Virus record (IMG/VR): IMGVR_UViG_3300042507_004311
Location: 1,796 to 65,795 of that record
Origin: a virus
Taxonomy: Duplodnaviria > Caudoviricetes
Direction: 5' to 3' (one strand)
Length of the DNA: 64,000 nucleotides
Part shown: positions 46,607 through 56,956 of the stretch, piece after piece
How the letters are laid out: every line of letters starts with the position of its first letter
Position numbering within the stretch: the stretch's first letter is position 1
The notes under the pieces: generated by a model
The model's database searches: none
The model's input: only the letters and a program-made list of their open reading frames with translations
Told to the model about the DNA's origin: nothing
Program-made: the position numbers and the translations under genes

Positions 46607-48310
46607 TTACTTTTCATCATCAAAATCATTTACAAAATCCCAACTTGTCAAGATTTCATGTAAATCTTTGTTTTCTTGATCACTCAACCCGTTGACCGTG
46701 TTATCAAGATCATCTATGTATTCACGATCTCCAAAACTAATCACATGTTGAAACCTTTCTTCTCTTAGTACACAATGTGCGATCCATAAAGACATGACTG
46801 TATCATCGTGCTTTTCCCTACCTAAGCCCCAAAGCTCTTGAATCAATGGGTCACTAAGCTCTTTATCAATTGTACTCCTGCTAGGGATGATCACTTTACC
46901 ATTCTCAAAAAGTACAGATAGAGAAGTAACACCATCCCATGGACTTGCCTTTTTTGCCCCCGTTGTCAAGTGTGGACGCAAAGGTAAATCAGTAGTTTGT
47001 TTCAATCCTACATAGTGCAATTCACCAAACGCATTACGCTCAACAGCTACGGCGTAAACTTTGCCCCTAAAGCGTTCATATTCTCTTACTACGGCGTTTT
47101 TTAGTTCGCTTGTACTCATGCCCCGCTTTCTAAATAAACCTAGTAAATAGTGATCGCCCGTTCGTCTATCTCTTGCCCATGTAGTCCCAACGGTGAAATC
47201 GCTATCTTTTGATTCGGCATGTTGGGCGTTCTGTACTAGTGAAAAATCCCACCCTTGCACAATATCAAGTTGCTCAGCGTTAATATGCGCGGGGATTTCA
47301 TAGAAACTTAGATTTCTTCCTCTCTCTTGTGCTTGTTGTAACCATTCCCATTTAAAAGCGGAGGCCGAATCGTCTTGAACTTGGTTTAAAAATTCCCTTG
47401 CAAACATTTGCGACCCTATGGTCATCCGCTCCTCCATAAGCATCTCAAAAGGCCTATGTTCTTTCCACAAGACGACGGGGTCACCCACAACCTTGACCCC
47501 TGTTATTCTTGCCTTACCATTGATTTCTTTTGTTTCATATTCATAGCTTTCAGGCCATTTTATGATAGCGGGGTTCTCAAGTACCGACCATGTAGGATCA
47601 ACTTTTAAATGCCCATAGAGATCATCATGATGCTTCCTTGTACCGATTACAATCATCAGCCCGCCGGGTTCTAACATTGGTTGAACAGTACCACGAAACC
47701 ACCGCCTTGTTTTCTCTCTACTGGTTAAAGAGTAGACTGTGTCATCATCCTCCAAGTCATCCGCTAAGATAATATCAAAGTGCGCCCCTGTAATTGCTCC
47801 ACCTGAACCAATCGCTTGAATCGTAGGATCAACGCTATGATTTTTTCTTTTTACATAGATTTGTCTTTGTGTCCAACTTTCCCCGCCACCTTCAAAAGGT
47901 AAACAACCCGCATCTAAATCACTTGCCCAATCTTCTATGATCTTTTCACTTTTAAGAAGTTCTTTAACGCGTGACATACGGCGTTCAGCTTGGGGGGCGC
48001 TTGCACAAATCCACAAGATACGAACATCCCTATTTAAACAAATTGCTCTTAGTGCATATGTTACCGCTAGTTCTGTTTTACCATGAGAGCGGGGGGCAAG
48101 TAGTAGGATTCTATTTTTTCGCCGTTCTTTGATTGCTTGGTTGCGTTCATCCTCCAACCTTTTAAGCCAATCCGCTCTATGCTTTGCGTATTGCATACCA
48201 CAATAATAAACATCAAAGAATAAAGGCGAATGGGATGCAAGTAAACGCCGTTCTGTTGGTGTACTTGGTAAAATCATTTTAGGATTTGACATTTTACTTT
48301 CATTTGCCAT
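46607..48310 (-). CDS. terL: Terminase large subunit
   Basis: Walker A 'APRSHGKT', 'GGAITGAHFDIILADD', 'IGTRKH', nuclease 'QGWDF', 'KHDDTVMSLW'. Confidence 0.93.
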   Translation of the reverse strand: MANESKMSNPKMILPSTPTERRLLASHSPLFFDVYYCGMQYAKHRADWLKRLEDERNQAIKERRKNRILLLAPRSHGKTELAVTYALRAICLNRDVRILWICASAPQAERRMSRVKELLKSEKIIEDWASDLDAGCLPFEGGGESWTQRQIYVKRKNHSVDPTIQAIGSGGAITGAHFDIILADDLEDDDTVYSLTSREKTRRWFRGTVQPMLEPGGLMIVIGTRKHHDDLYGHLKVDPTWSVLENPAIIKWPESYEYETKEINGKARITGVKVVGDPVVLWKEHRPFEMLMEERMTIGSQMFAREFLNQVQDDSASAFKWEWLQQAQERGRNLSFYEIPAHINAEQLDIVQGWDFSLVQNAQHAESKDSDFTVGTTWARDRRTGDHYLLGLFRKRGMSTSELKNAVVREYERFRGKVYAVAVERNAFGELHYVGLKQTTDLPLRPHLTTGAKKASPWDGVTSLSVLFENGKVIIPSRSTIDKELSDPLIQELWGLGREKHDDTVMSLWIAHCVLREERFQHVISFGDREYIDDLDNTVNGLSDQENKDLHEILTSWDFVNDFDDEK

Positions 48311-48345
48311 ACTTAACCACCTTTCACAAACACAGGATTAAATTT

Positions 48346-48822
48346 ATGCTATGTTATTTATTCATCTTATCACTATTTTCACATGATCAATCTGTTGCTT
48401 ATTCAAAGAAATTAGGCGCTTCTTTTCAAGATCGATTAGAAACTTGTAGACTTGTGGTCAAAGAAGCAAAGGATCAAGCTGTTGATCCTATTTTAGCCGT
48501 TTCAATCGCTTTCCAAGAATCTAAATTCACAAAAAACGCCGTTGCTTTTGACGGTAAAGGCTTTGGGGCTATGCAGGCAACGCCCCGCCTATGGTGTGAA
48601 AAAAAGAAATTTGAAAATTGCGATTTAATTAAAGCCGGTGTAAAAGCATTAAGAACTTACCTAGAGTTACATGATTGGGACGAGTACAAAGCCATAAAAG
48701 CCTATGCCGGCAAAGGCAAAAAAGCCCATGAGTATGCTCTGAGGATTATGAGGATCAAGACAAAAACGAAAACCCTACTAAAGGATTTGAACGATGAAAA
48801 TCTTATTATCATTGAAAACTAA
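48346..48822 (+). CDS. Lytic transglycosylase (SLT family)
   Basis: 'VDPILAVSIAFQESKF', 'GFGAMQ', 'AIKAY'; N-terminal hydrophobic signal; ATG at 48346. Confidence 0.8.
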   Translation: MLCYLFILSLFSHDQSVAYSKKLGASFQDRLETCRLVVKEAKDQAVDPILAVSIAFQESKFTKNAVAFDGKGFGAMQATPRLWCEKKKFENCDLIKAGVKALRTYLELHDWDEYKAIKAYAGKGKKAHEYALRIMRIKTKTKTLLKDLNDENLIIIEN

Positions 48823-49900
48823 TACTAAGGCACTAAAGGAAGTTATCACAGTTGCTAAGAGAAAGAAAACCCCCGACTATTTAGCTTATGTTCAACTTGA
48901 TTGCATTGTTGACGGTGGCAATAAATTTATTCGTGCATCTAGTACAGACTTAGAAACTACGATTACTCATAAGCTTGTAGATTGTGATTTTGATAGTGAT
49001 AGCTCTTTTAGTGTGTTGGTACTTGGTGAAGCCATTGCCAAGCTCCTAACAGCCTATAAAACCATTGAAATCCATGATACAAAGATCAAGGCAGGACAAG
49101 CAGAAATCACGCATCAAGTACTTGATTCAAAAGATTACCCAGATATTACAAAATCACTTGAAAAAAAGGGGTTTGATGATGCCCATGTACTTAATGATCA
49201 AGAGATCATTGAACTTAAAGACGCATTGGCAACTTGTGTTATTGCTACAGGTCAAGAAGAATCAAGAATTAGATTGACGGGGGTTTATGTTGCCACCAAT
49301 TCAGAGAATAAGCAAATTGTATGCGCAACAGATGGCTACCGCTTAACTCACTATACAATGGATTTCAACGCAAACTTGACCGCCTTAATACCAAGGGGGC
49401 AAATTGCTTTGATTTGTGATGTTTTGAATGGCAACTTTGACATTCGGATTTGGTCAACTAAGAACGCTTTGTTTATCGCAAGAAATGATGAATTTATCCT
49501 CTCCGTTCAATTGATTAATGAGGACTTCCCAGATTACAAAGCCATCATTCCAAAAGATAATGACTATGAGATCAAATTCAACCAAGCACATATCCACTCA
49601 ATCAAAGAAGCCTTATTATTTGCACAAGATAAAGCCAATTCACCGTTGACCATTGCACACCAAGCACAAGGCAATAAATTTTGTATCACCTTAAACGATG
49701 CTTCAGGAGTTTCTTATGAATCAAAAGATGATGGTTTCACAAGCCACGATCGCAAGATTACCTTTTCCCCCAAGTATCTCTTGGATGCCCTACAAACCAC
49801 GCCCATCATGCTCTTAGGTACTAACCCACTAACCCCCGCCCTTTGTATTGAGGACGCAGGGAAAGTGAAAAATGTTGTGATGGCACGAAGAGCAAACTAA
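48794..49900 (+). CDS. dnaN: DNA polymerase III beta clamp homologue
   Basis: 'STDLE', 'DYPD', 'RIRLTGVY', 'CATDGYRL', 'FPDYKAIIP', 'FSPKYLLDAL'; 368 aa. Confidence 0.9.
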   Translation: MKILLSLKTNTKALKEVITVAKRKKTPDYLAYVQLDCIVDGGNKFIRASSTDLETTITHKLVDCDFDSDSSFSVLVLGEAIAKLLTAYKTIEIHDTKIKAGQAEITHQVLDSKDYPDITKSLEKKGFDDAHVLNDQEIIELKDALATCVIATGQEESRIRLTGVYVATNSENKQIVCATDGYRLTHYTMDFNANLTALIPRGQIALICDVLNGNFDIRIWSTKNALFIARNDEFILSVQLINEDFPDYKAIIPKDNDYEIKFNQAHIHSIKEALLFAQDKANSPLTIAHQAQGNKFCITLNDASGVSYESKDDGFTSHDRKITFSPKYLLDALQTTPIMLLGTNPLTPALCIEDAGKVKNVVMARRAN

Positions 49901-49915
49901 TTCTTTCGGTGAAAC

Positions 49916-50680
49916 ATGCTAGAAGAAAACAAGATACACCTTGGCGATTGCCTTGACCTTATGCCGTCCATTCCCAGTAAATCGGTGGATATGATCTTAT
50001 GCGATTTGCCTTATGGTACGACTGCCTGCGAATGGGATTCGATTATTGATATGGATAGGCTTTGGCAGGAGTATGAGAGAGTGATCAAGGATAATGGGGC
50101 TATTGTTTTGACTGCCAATGCGGTTTTTACTTTTACGCTGTATAATTCAAATCCCAAGCTTTATGGTTATAGAATTATATGGGATAAAAAGATAAAAGTA
50201 GGGCATTTGTTAGCTAATTATCAACCCATGCGACAATATGAAGATATTTTAATTTTTTATAAAAAAAGGCCTTTATATAATCCTCAAAAAATGAAAGGCA
50301 ATCCATATCTTATGAAAAGAAGGGATAAGATAGAGTATGTGGAATACAATAAAACAGTAACAAAACGAATTGATACAATAAATGATGGGGATCGTTATCC
50401 ATCGGATATTATACAAATTGATTCAAATGTATTCTCTAGAGATAAGGGAATGCATCCAACACAGAAGCCAGTAGCCTTGTTTGAGTACCTAATCAAAACC
50501 TATACCAATGAAGGCGAACTAGTCTTAGATAATTGCAGTGGATCAGGTACAACGGCCATCGCGTGCATGAATACCAATAGGCGGTTTATTTGCATTGAAA
50601 GGGATGAAACCTATCACAAGAAGAGCATTGAACGAATGAACAACCATGAACCACTGTTTCACTTGGGGGGCAAATGCTAG
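49916..50680 (+). CDS. DNA N6-adenine/N4-cytosine methyltransferase (beta class), paralogue 1
   Basis: 'CDLPYG', 'HPTQKP', 'LDNCSGSGTT'. Confidence 0.92.
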   Translation: MLEENKIHLGDCLDLMPSIPSKSVDMILCDLPYGTTACEWDSIIDMDRLWQEYERVIKDNGAIVLTANAVFTFTLYNSNPKLYGYRIIWDKKIKVGHLLANYQPMRQYEDILIFYKKRPLYNPQKMKGNPYLMKRRDKIEYVEYNKTVTKRIDTINDGDRYPSDIIQIDSNVFSRDKGMHPTQKPVALFEYLIKTYTNEGELVLDNCSGSGTTAIACMNTNRRFICIERDETYHKKSIERMNNHEPLFHLGGKC

Positions 50681-51417
50681 AAGAAAACATGATACATCTA
50701 GGCGATTGCCTTGACCTTATGCCATCCATTCCTAGCAAGTCCGTAGATATGATCCTTTGCGATTTGCCTTATGGGACGACAGCTTGCGAATGGGATAGCA
50801 TCATTGACATGGCTAGGCTTTGGCAAGAGTATGAACGAGTTATCAAGGATAATGGAGCTATTGTTTTGACGGCTAATTCTCACTTTGTTTTTACTTTGCA
50901 TGCTAGTAATCCTAAGTTGTATCGTTATAAATGGGTATGGTCTAAAAATATGATTTCCGGCGTTTTAAATGTAAATATAGCTCCATTGATTTCTCATGAA
51001 GATGTTTTAGTTTTTTATAAAAGCAAGCCATCATATTATCCTCAAAAAACTTTTAATAGTAAATATGTTGGCACTGTTTTTAATACAACAAAATACGAAG
51101 GTTATGGAAAAACTGATCAATCATATAAAAAGACAAGTGACGGCTTTTTATATCCGAGAGATGTGATTTATTTTGACTGCGAACGAGGGCAACACCCAAC
51201 ACAAAAACCCGTTGCGTTGTTTGAGTACCTAATCAAAACCTATACCAATGAAAACGAATTGATCTTAGATAATTGCAGTGGTTCAGGGACTACAGCCATA
51301 GCTTGCATGAATGCAAATAGGCGGTTTATTTGCATTGAAAGGGATGAAACCTATCATCGCAAATCTATTGAGAGAATAGCTAATCATGAACCGTTGTTTC
51401 ACTTGCCAACGGAATAA
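50674..51417 (+). CDS. DNA N6-adenine/N4-cytosine methyltransferase (beta class), paralogue 2
   Basis: Same motifs; tandem with paralogue 1. Confidence 0.92.
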   Translation: MLEENMIHLGDCLDLMPSIPSKSVDMILCDLPYGTTACEWDSIIDMARLWQEYERVIKDNGAIVLTANSHFVFTLHASNPKLYRYKWVWSKNMISGVLNVNIAPLISHEDVLVFYKSKPSYYPQKTFNSKYVGTVFNTTKYEGYGKTDQSYKKTSDGFLYPRDVIYFDCERGQHPTQKPVALFEYLIKTYTNENELILDNCSGSGTTAIACMNANRRFICIERDETYHRKSIERIANHEPLFHLPTE

Positions 51418-51477
51418 TAAAATGATCAATGTAATAGAGAAATTAAGTGAATTAATATATAAAAAGTTATCAAATTT

Positions 51478-53649
51478 TTAGATGATACAAGCCCCGCCGG
51501 CGCATGCTACTTCTTGGGCTTGCACTGTTTCATCTGTACCCTCTAAAACGCTATCAAAATCAACTGAGTTGCTTGATCGTAAAGAGTGCCATAGTTCAAA
51601 TGCTTCTGTGCGTTCTTGCTTGCGATTGGTGGCAAATTTCAAAGCGTTTTTATACCTATCTTCATCTTTATGTTCTAAGTATGCTTTTTCAATCTGTTCA
51701 ACTTCATCAAAGTATAAATTTTGATTCTCAATGTGATCATATACCGCTTTGAATGGGGGTTGTTGGTAATCATAATCCCCTGTCATACCAAGGAAAGAAA
51801 CACCGCAAAAATAGGCTTGATTATCAAAGACAAATTCGCCCGCCTGCTCCCACTCATCAGAACGAACATTACAGGTATTTGAAACATTGTGACAAGCCCC
51901 CTCTAGTGATAAAGGCTTTGCTGTGCCATGCTTAACCCATGAATTATAGACCATTTTAACCAAGCTCAAAAACTCCGTAGCTTTGAGATCATTTTTAAAC
52001 ACATTTTCGGGGTTGCATTCGACCGCAAAGATCAAACATTTATCTGTACCATTGGCAGACCATACACTAGTTTTCACCGCTTGGGGGTTTAACTCTTCAA
52101 ACTTTTGAACAAGTGCAGAATCAGCAGGAACTTGAACATGTCTTAAGAAACGGCGGGCATGTTCGGGGTGAATACCAGATGCACAACCTAAGATCACGGA
52201 AGCCGTTCCACTTGGTTTTACACAAGTGATTCTTGCTGCTTGGTTTATCCCTATTTTCTTTGCAAATTGTTTATTGATTACGATGGCAAACTCAGCAAGT
52301 GACTTAAGTAAAAAAGAAGCTCGTTCTTCTTCATGCTTAAAGAAAAATGCAGAATTAGCAAGCCCCGTTAGTGATACACCTAGCAACGCTTCACGCTCTA
52401 CGATTTGTTCGGATACCTTGCCCAAATACTCCGATTTAGTATAACTTGCTTGCAATGTGCCAAGTTTAACAGCGTTCTTCACAGCAATGTAAAAAGCATC
52501 AATGGAATCAATAGAGAAGTCTTTAAACTTGGATGCGTTTACCTCTGTCAAATTGCATGCTTGCCAACCACTTTCAAAAGTATACCCATTGGATACATGC
52601 TTTGCTCTATTTTCGGGGTTGATCAAGTCTAATGAGTACTCTTCCACAATTTGCCCATGTGCATCTTTGATTAGCATAGGACACATAGAGATTTCCACGC
52701 ACGGATTGAAACAGAACTCTGTTGACTCTGTAAATACGAAACCCGGCTCGCCCCATTGGGGGACATTGTCAAGGAATAGTTTCATAAATTCCGATTTGTC
52801 AAGTTTATTTTTAACAGCGACCGCAGAAATATTAGCTCTTGCTCTAAATGGGTGCGTTGCCCACCAATTGCCAGTTTTAGCAGTCCACATATCTTTGTCA
52901 TCCATGCTAAAAATTGCAATGGTTGCACTCCTACGAACGCCACCACTTAAAACACAGTCGGATGCAATGCAAACGATATCTAAACAGTCAATGCTTCTTA
53001 GTTTTTGCCCCGCTCTTGAAACAAGCACTTTTTCAATCATTTGTAAACTAAACTTGAGAGGAATAGGCCCCGGCGCCTTCCCGCCATGTGATAGGGGTGA
53101 TCCTTTCTTACGAATCAAAGAATAGTTAAAAATGGGCATGGTTTCAGATTGACCAAGATAAAACTGAATTAGGGCGTCAAGCGCATCAGCCCACCCCTCA
53201 ATCGTATCTTTGATCATGATGATCTTCATTTGTGCATTGTTAATTTGCTCTGAGGTGATAACCCCGGGGAGTTTGTCAACATGGTGCTTTTGTACAGAGT
53301 AACCAACACCACAACCACATAAGAGCAGCCACAAGGACTCAGCAAAGAAGCGGGGGCGGTCACAAAATGAAGTTGTACAATTAAAAATGCGCCAAGGCTT
53401 GTCAAGTATTGCCTTGCCACCGAATTGTAAAGATCGTTGAGAACCTAAGATATCTTTGTTTCTTAGTGAATCTTCGATGTCATTCAAATCCTCAAAGATT
53501 TCTAAGTTGTCAATGAACTTGGTTGCGTGCATGTTCATTAAACGATCTACAGACTCTTCCCAGTTCTCACGGCGTCGCTTGTTTGGTAGGTATTTTGCGT
53601 AAGTCTGTTTGAATGTAAAATTTGCTAAATTGCTTCTTTGGATATCCAT
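51478..53649 (-). CDS. nrdJ: Class II (B12-dependent) ribonucleotide reductase
   Basis: 'IFNC', 'GCGVG', 'GGVRRSA', 'GEPG', 'NPCVEI', 'CNLTE', 'TCVKPSGT', C-terminal 'CAGGAC'; no beta subunit adjacent. Confidence 0.92.
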   Translation of the reverse strand: MDIQRSNLANFTFKQTYAKYLPNKRRRENWEESVDRLMNMHATKFIDNLEIFEDLNDIEDSLRNKDILGSQRSLQFGGKAILDKPWRIFNCTTSFCDRPRFFAESLWLLLCGCGVGYSVQKHHVDKLPGVITSEQINNAQMKIIMIKDTIEGWADALDALIQFYLGQSETMPIFNYSLIRKKGSPLSHGGKAPGPIPLKFSLQMIEKVLVSRAGQKLRSIDCLDIVCIASDCVLSGGVRRSATIAIFSMDDKDMWTAKTGNWWATHPFRARANISAVAVKNKLDKSEFMKLFLDNVPQWGEPGFVFTESTEFCFNPCVEISMCPMLIKDAHGQIVEEYSLDLINPENRAKHVSNGYTFESGWQACNLTEVNASKFKDFSIDSIDAFYIAVKNAVKLGTLQASYTKSEYLGKVSEQIVEREALLGVSLTGLANSAFFFKHEEERASFLLKSLAEFAIVINKQFAKKIGINQAARITCVKPSGTASVILGCASGIHPEHARRFLRHVQVPADSALVQKFEELNPQAVKTSVWSANGTDKCLIFAVECNPENVFKNDLKATEFLSLVKMVYNSWVKHGTAKPLSLEGACHNVSNTCNVRSDEWEQAGEFVFDNQAYFCGVSFLGMTGDYDYQQPPFKAVYDHIENQNLYFDEVEQIEKAYLEHKDEDRYKNALKFATNRKQERTEAFELWHSLRSSNSVDFDSVLEGTDETVQAQEVACAGGACII

Positions 53650-53715
53650 AAAAATGATCCTGTAAAAGTGTTGAAAGTTCTTAATATTACACCTTTAAAC
53701 ACAGGTAAACAATTT

Positions 53716-54138
53716 TTACTTTGAAAATTCTATCTCTATGAGTTCCGTGATTTCTTCGTTAACTTCGTTCAATTCTGTTTCAATCAAATCTTTTAAATCT
53801 TTGAAGTCTTGTGATGCTTTTGAAGTCTTATACACAAATGCCCCAATGCAACCCAGTATTAAAGCGAATTGGGAAAAGGTAGGCAAAGAAAGCATATCTA
53901 CAAAGATCAAAGGCACAAGCGACAATAAGAAAAAAATGTATAAGGTTGTCAAAGAACTTTGCCATTGTCTAAAGACGTCTTTTTCCATAAGTAACACCTT
54001 TTCAAGTGTCAACCTATACACCATCAAATTTAAGAGTTCTACGCTTGCGTTCTTTAAAAGCGGTTCATTGGGGTTTGGTAGTCTTGGGATTGTCATTTTT
54101 ATCCTTTTTGTAAGTTTCTTTGATCCATTGTTTAACAA
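53716..54138 (-). CDS. Hypothetical membrane protein
   Basis: Two TM helices plus coiled coil. Confidence 0.6.
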   Translation of the reverse strand: MLNNGSKKLTKRIKMTIPRLPNPNEPLLKNASVELLNLMVYRLTLEKVLLMEKDVFRQWQSSLTTLYIFFLLSLVPLIFVDMLSLPTFSQFALILGCIGAFVYKTSKASQDFKDLKDLIETELNEVNEEITELIEIEFSK

Positions 54139-54147
54139 CCCATGCAG

Positions 54148-54486
54148 TCATTTTTGTTCATCTTTATTAGTGTCTAGGATAAAATGATTATTGATTCCCT
54201 TGATAGTGAAACTTGCCTCACTATTGGCGGGGTGGATTTTTACTATGAATTTACCACAAACCACAGGGTGGTAATTGATCTCCCAAGTATCATAGATTCT
54301 TTGAATATTCTTATCAGTCACTTCGGCAACCAGTGTAGCCGATTCAATCAAAGAGTACATAGATTTAAAGACCATTGGCAAGCCTTCGGATTGGTGCAGA
54401 TCACACTTATTCACAAAGTCAATTTCAAACTGTTCAATCTCTCTACGGGACATATTTACTCCATAACTCAGCCTTGAGGGGGTCAA
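54148..54486 (-). CDS. Hypothetical protein
   Basis: ORF in the minus-strand operon; probable start MSRRE. Confidence 0.55.
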   Translation of the reverse strand: MTPSRLSYGVNMSRREIEQFEIDFVNKCDLHQSEGLPMVFKSMYSLIESATLVAEVTDKNIQRIYDTWEINYHPVVCGKFIVKIHPANSEASFTIKGINNHFILDTNKDEQK

Positions 54487-55159
54487 GTTCTTTTTTAATC
54501 TCTATTGATTGATCTAGTAAACGCATAGATTCGGGGAATAATGTACAAACGATTTGCTTGACCGCTTGCGCAAATTCTCTAATTTCCTCTTGTGCATGTT
54601 CATCAAGCCTCAAGGCTAAAAAGTGCATGATCGCTTGTAAATCAGCTTTCCAAATACAACTAGAGTACATCCCAACAGGTAACAAAACCCGTGCTTGCTC
54701 CCTACAAATACCATGTTCAAGCATCCATTTGTAATTAGTGTAAGCTAGTGCGTAACTAGCCTCTAGGCGTTCAAAAGCCTCGCAACTTAGTTCTTCATTG
54801 ACTTGGCCATAACTTGATTGCTTGCTTGTCTTATGTTGTAGTCGCCAAGTAACAGGCTTAAAAAACTCTTCTTTGATTTCTGTATACCTAGCAGAGGCCT
54901 CATTCCAAGAGCATCCGATTACATGCTTCATCCATTGCCTAAGAACGAACACTGGCGCTTTTACTCTAAATTTCACGCTTGCCATTCTAAAAGGTGATGT
55001 ATGATCATGTTGCCATAGATAACGCATGAGTTTCTTATCTCTCTCTGTAAACTCGTCAGTTTGTGCGCCAAAAGATACACGGGCAGAATTGACAATAGAA
55101 AGATCATCGCCAAACACATCCACCAATTCCACAAAGCCATCAAAGACATCAATTTTCAT
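54443..55159 (-). CDS. thyX: Flavin-dependent thymidylate synthase
   Basis: 'IVNSARVSF', 'HTSPF', 'RQWMKH...WNEASARY', 'REQARVLLP', 'LRLDEHAQEEIR'. Confidence 0.93.
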   Translation of the reverse strand: MKIDVFDGFVELVDVFGDDLSIVNSARVSFGAQTDEFTERDKKLMRYLWQHDHTSPFRMASVKFRVKAPVFVLRQWMKHVIGCSWNEASARYTEIKEEFFKPVTWRLQHKTSKQSSYGQVNEELSCEAFERLEASYALAYTNYKWMLEHGICREQARVLLPVGMYSSCIWKADLQAIMHFLALRLDEHAQEEIREFAQAVKQIVCTLFPESMRLLDQSIEIKKELDPLKAELWSKYVP

Positions 55160-55186
55160 CTTTTATCCTTAGTTTAAAAGTTTAGA

Positions 55187-55717
55187 TCATTCTATGTTTC
55201 TTAGTTGTAAAGCGTTTATTTTAGATATTAAATCAGGTAAATCAGTTTGTTCGATCAATGGGACATAGAAACGCTTTAAATCTGTAGTATTCAAAGATTT
55301 CTTTGTACTATGTGTAAACGCATCAATGGGTACTAAGAACCATTGATCTTCTTCACCCTTGGGGGATAGGCAAACTAAAACCATGCCAATAAACCCCCAA
55401 CGATTCAAAAGTGCTAGTTCCTCGACTTGCTTAGCTTGTAAAGCGTCTAGGGTGATCATTTTACTACTACGATATTTCAATTCAATTAGGCCACTACGCC
55501 CATCACTTAAAAAGATTTCAAAGTCCGCACCAGATGCACCAGTATTCACCGCCAAAAATCTATTTTTACTTAGAGTCCTAGACACTCTTGCATATGGTTC
55601 AAATCGCTTTTTGAGCATACCTAGATCATTTTTTAAATAGTAATCGCTTAGTCTATTTACTAAGCGTTCATAGTAATCGCCCGTTTTCTTTGATTTATAT
55701 TTATTCTGTTCGTCCAT
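55187..55717 (-). CDS. recU: RecU-like Holliday junction resolvase
   Basis: 'GDYYE', 'GADF', 'IELK', 'KQVEEL' PD-(D/E)XK RecU pattern. Confidence 0.75.
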   Translation of the reverse strand: MDEQNKYKSKKTGDYYERLVNRLSDYYLKNDLGMLKKRFEPYARVSRTLSKNRFLAVNTGASGADFEIFLSDGRSGLIELKYRSSKMITLDALQAKQVEELALLNRWGFIGMVLVCLSPKGEEDQWFLVPIDAFTHSTKKSLNTTDLKRFYVPLIEQTDLPDLISKINALQLRNIE

Positions 55718-55758
55718 TTATGCAGCTCTCTTGTTTTATGAGAGCATAGTATAACATT

Positions 55759-56043
55759 TTAATTAAAGAAGCCTAAATATTTGATAAACAGGCCTAGCGC
55801 CACAGGAGCAAATAAAAAAAGGAATACGGCAATTTGCATAAGCACCAATTGAACGACTGTTACAAAGGCTTCCAAAAGTGTCACTAAGACATATTTACAT
55901 GCAAATACAACGGGGTGAACTTCTGTAGGTTCATCAGCTTGTTCAAATTTTTCTAGTTTGACGATGGGGAAAAGTCCACATTCTTCAGGGCGTCTATTTT
56001 TACTCATTTTATTTGCTTCCTCTCTCTTGGGTTTCATAGGCAA
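55759..56043 (-). CDS. Hypothetical membrane protein
   Basis: Hydrophobic C-half; probable start MSKNRR (56007). Confidence 0.55.
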   Translation of the reverse strand: MPMKPKREEANKMSKNRRPEECGLFPIVKLEKFEQADEPTEVHPVVFACKYVLVTLLEAFVTVVQLVLMQIAVFLFLFAPVALGLFIKYLGFFN

Positions 56044-56353
56044 TGACTAAATCATGGATTTGTTGGGCAGTGTCCTCAATTGCAGATAAGTATGTCTGTT
56101 CTTCTGTCAATTCAACACGAATATGCTTTTGTACTTGTGCTTTACCTAAATACAAAGCGAAATGAACATATCTCACATAATCCAAGAAAACACAGCTCAC
56201 TATTAAATCGCTTTCACTGATTCCAATTACAAATCTACTTTCAAGCATGATTTGACCATATAAATCAAATTCAGGGCATACTTCAAATTTACAAGGTTCA
56301 AGGCCTTGTGTTGCTAACGTGTCATAGATCGCTTGTGTTGGTATAGTACTCAT
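56009..56353 (-). CDS. Hypothetical protein (first gene of the recU-thyX operon)
   Basis: 114 aa, AAAGGA RBS, promoter upstream. Confidence 0.7.
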   Translation of the reverse strand: MSTIPTQAIYDTLATQGLEPCKFEVCPEFDLYGQIMLESRFVIGISESDLIVSCVFLDYVRYVHFALYLGKAQVQKHIRVELTEEQTYLSAIEDTAQQIHDLVIAYETQERGSK

Positions 56354-56378
56354 TTACTTTGTCCTTTTTGACGTGGTT

Positions 56379-56423
56379 GGTTAAGGTACTTTTAGTAATA
56401 GCTCAAGGTTTTCACTTTGTCAA
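56379..56423 (-). promoter_or_regulatory. Sigma70-type promoter with ACCTTAACC leader
   Basis: Minus strand TTGACA-17-TATTAC-7-ACCTTAACC; near copy of 3120-3188. Confidence 0.75.
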
Positions 56424-56520
56424 GAGATTTTACAGATTATTTTTATAGGCAACCTAGCCCCCCTATTTTCTTTGATATATGCACCTATTCAAACTAAGAT
56501 CAAATAGAAAGGATTTGACC

Positions 56521-56910
56521 ATGTACAATGAACATTTAAAGATTTGTGAAATAGAATATACCCCGCCCAAGGTTGGGCAAGCGATTATGTACCAAGCACC
56601 AAAAGAACAGGGGGCGGGGTTGCCTGTATTAACCCCCATGAACTTCTTAGTTCTAAATGCACCCTTAGCGATCGTGATTCTTTTTACTATGCTTGCTAAG
56701 CTGCTAAGTAAACCCGCAAGCAAGATTGACCACTTTACTATCCAAACAGATATACGAATTAACCAATTGAGAATGAGAATTGAAACACTAGAACAAAGAT
56801 CAAAAAGCGACCCCCTAAACCTAAATGCAAAGATTGACAGGTTGGAAGGGATACTTAGATCATTAGAAACCCCAGCACCCTATAAAATTGACCAAGACGG
56901 GGAAAAATAG
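56521..56910 (+). CDS. Hypothetical membrane/coiled-coil protein
   Basis: ATG at 56521 after AAAGGA; one TM helix plus coiled coil. Confidence 0.55.
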   Translation: MYNEHLKICEIEYTPPKVGQAIMYQAPKEQGAGLPVLTPMNFLVLNAPLAIVILFTMLAKLLSKPASKIDHFTIQTDIRINQLRMRIETLEQRSKSDPLNLNAKIDRLEGILRSLETPAPYKIDQDGEK

Positions 56911-56956
56911 GCAAATCAGCCCAGTTTTTGAATGTGGACTATGAACAGGGGCGTTT

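Noticed and set aside
52502-53125. 207-aa plus-strand ORF (and similar antisense ORFs at 10888-11352 and 53738-54187)
   Set aside because: Shadows of well-supported genes on the opposite strand; no motifs or RBS.
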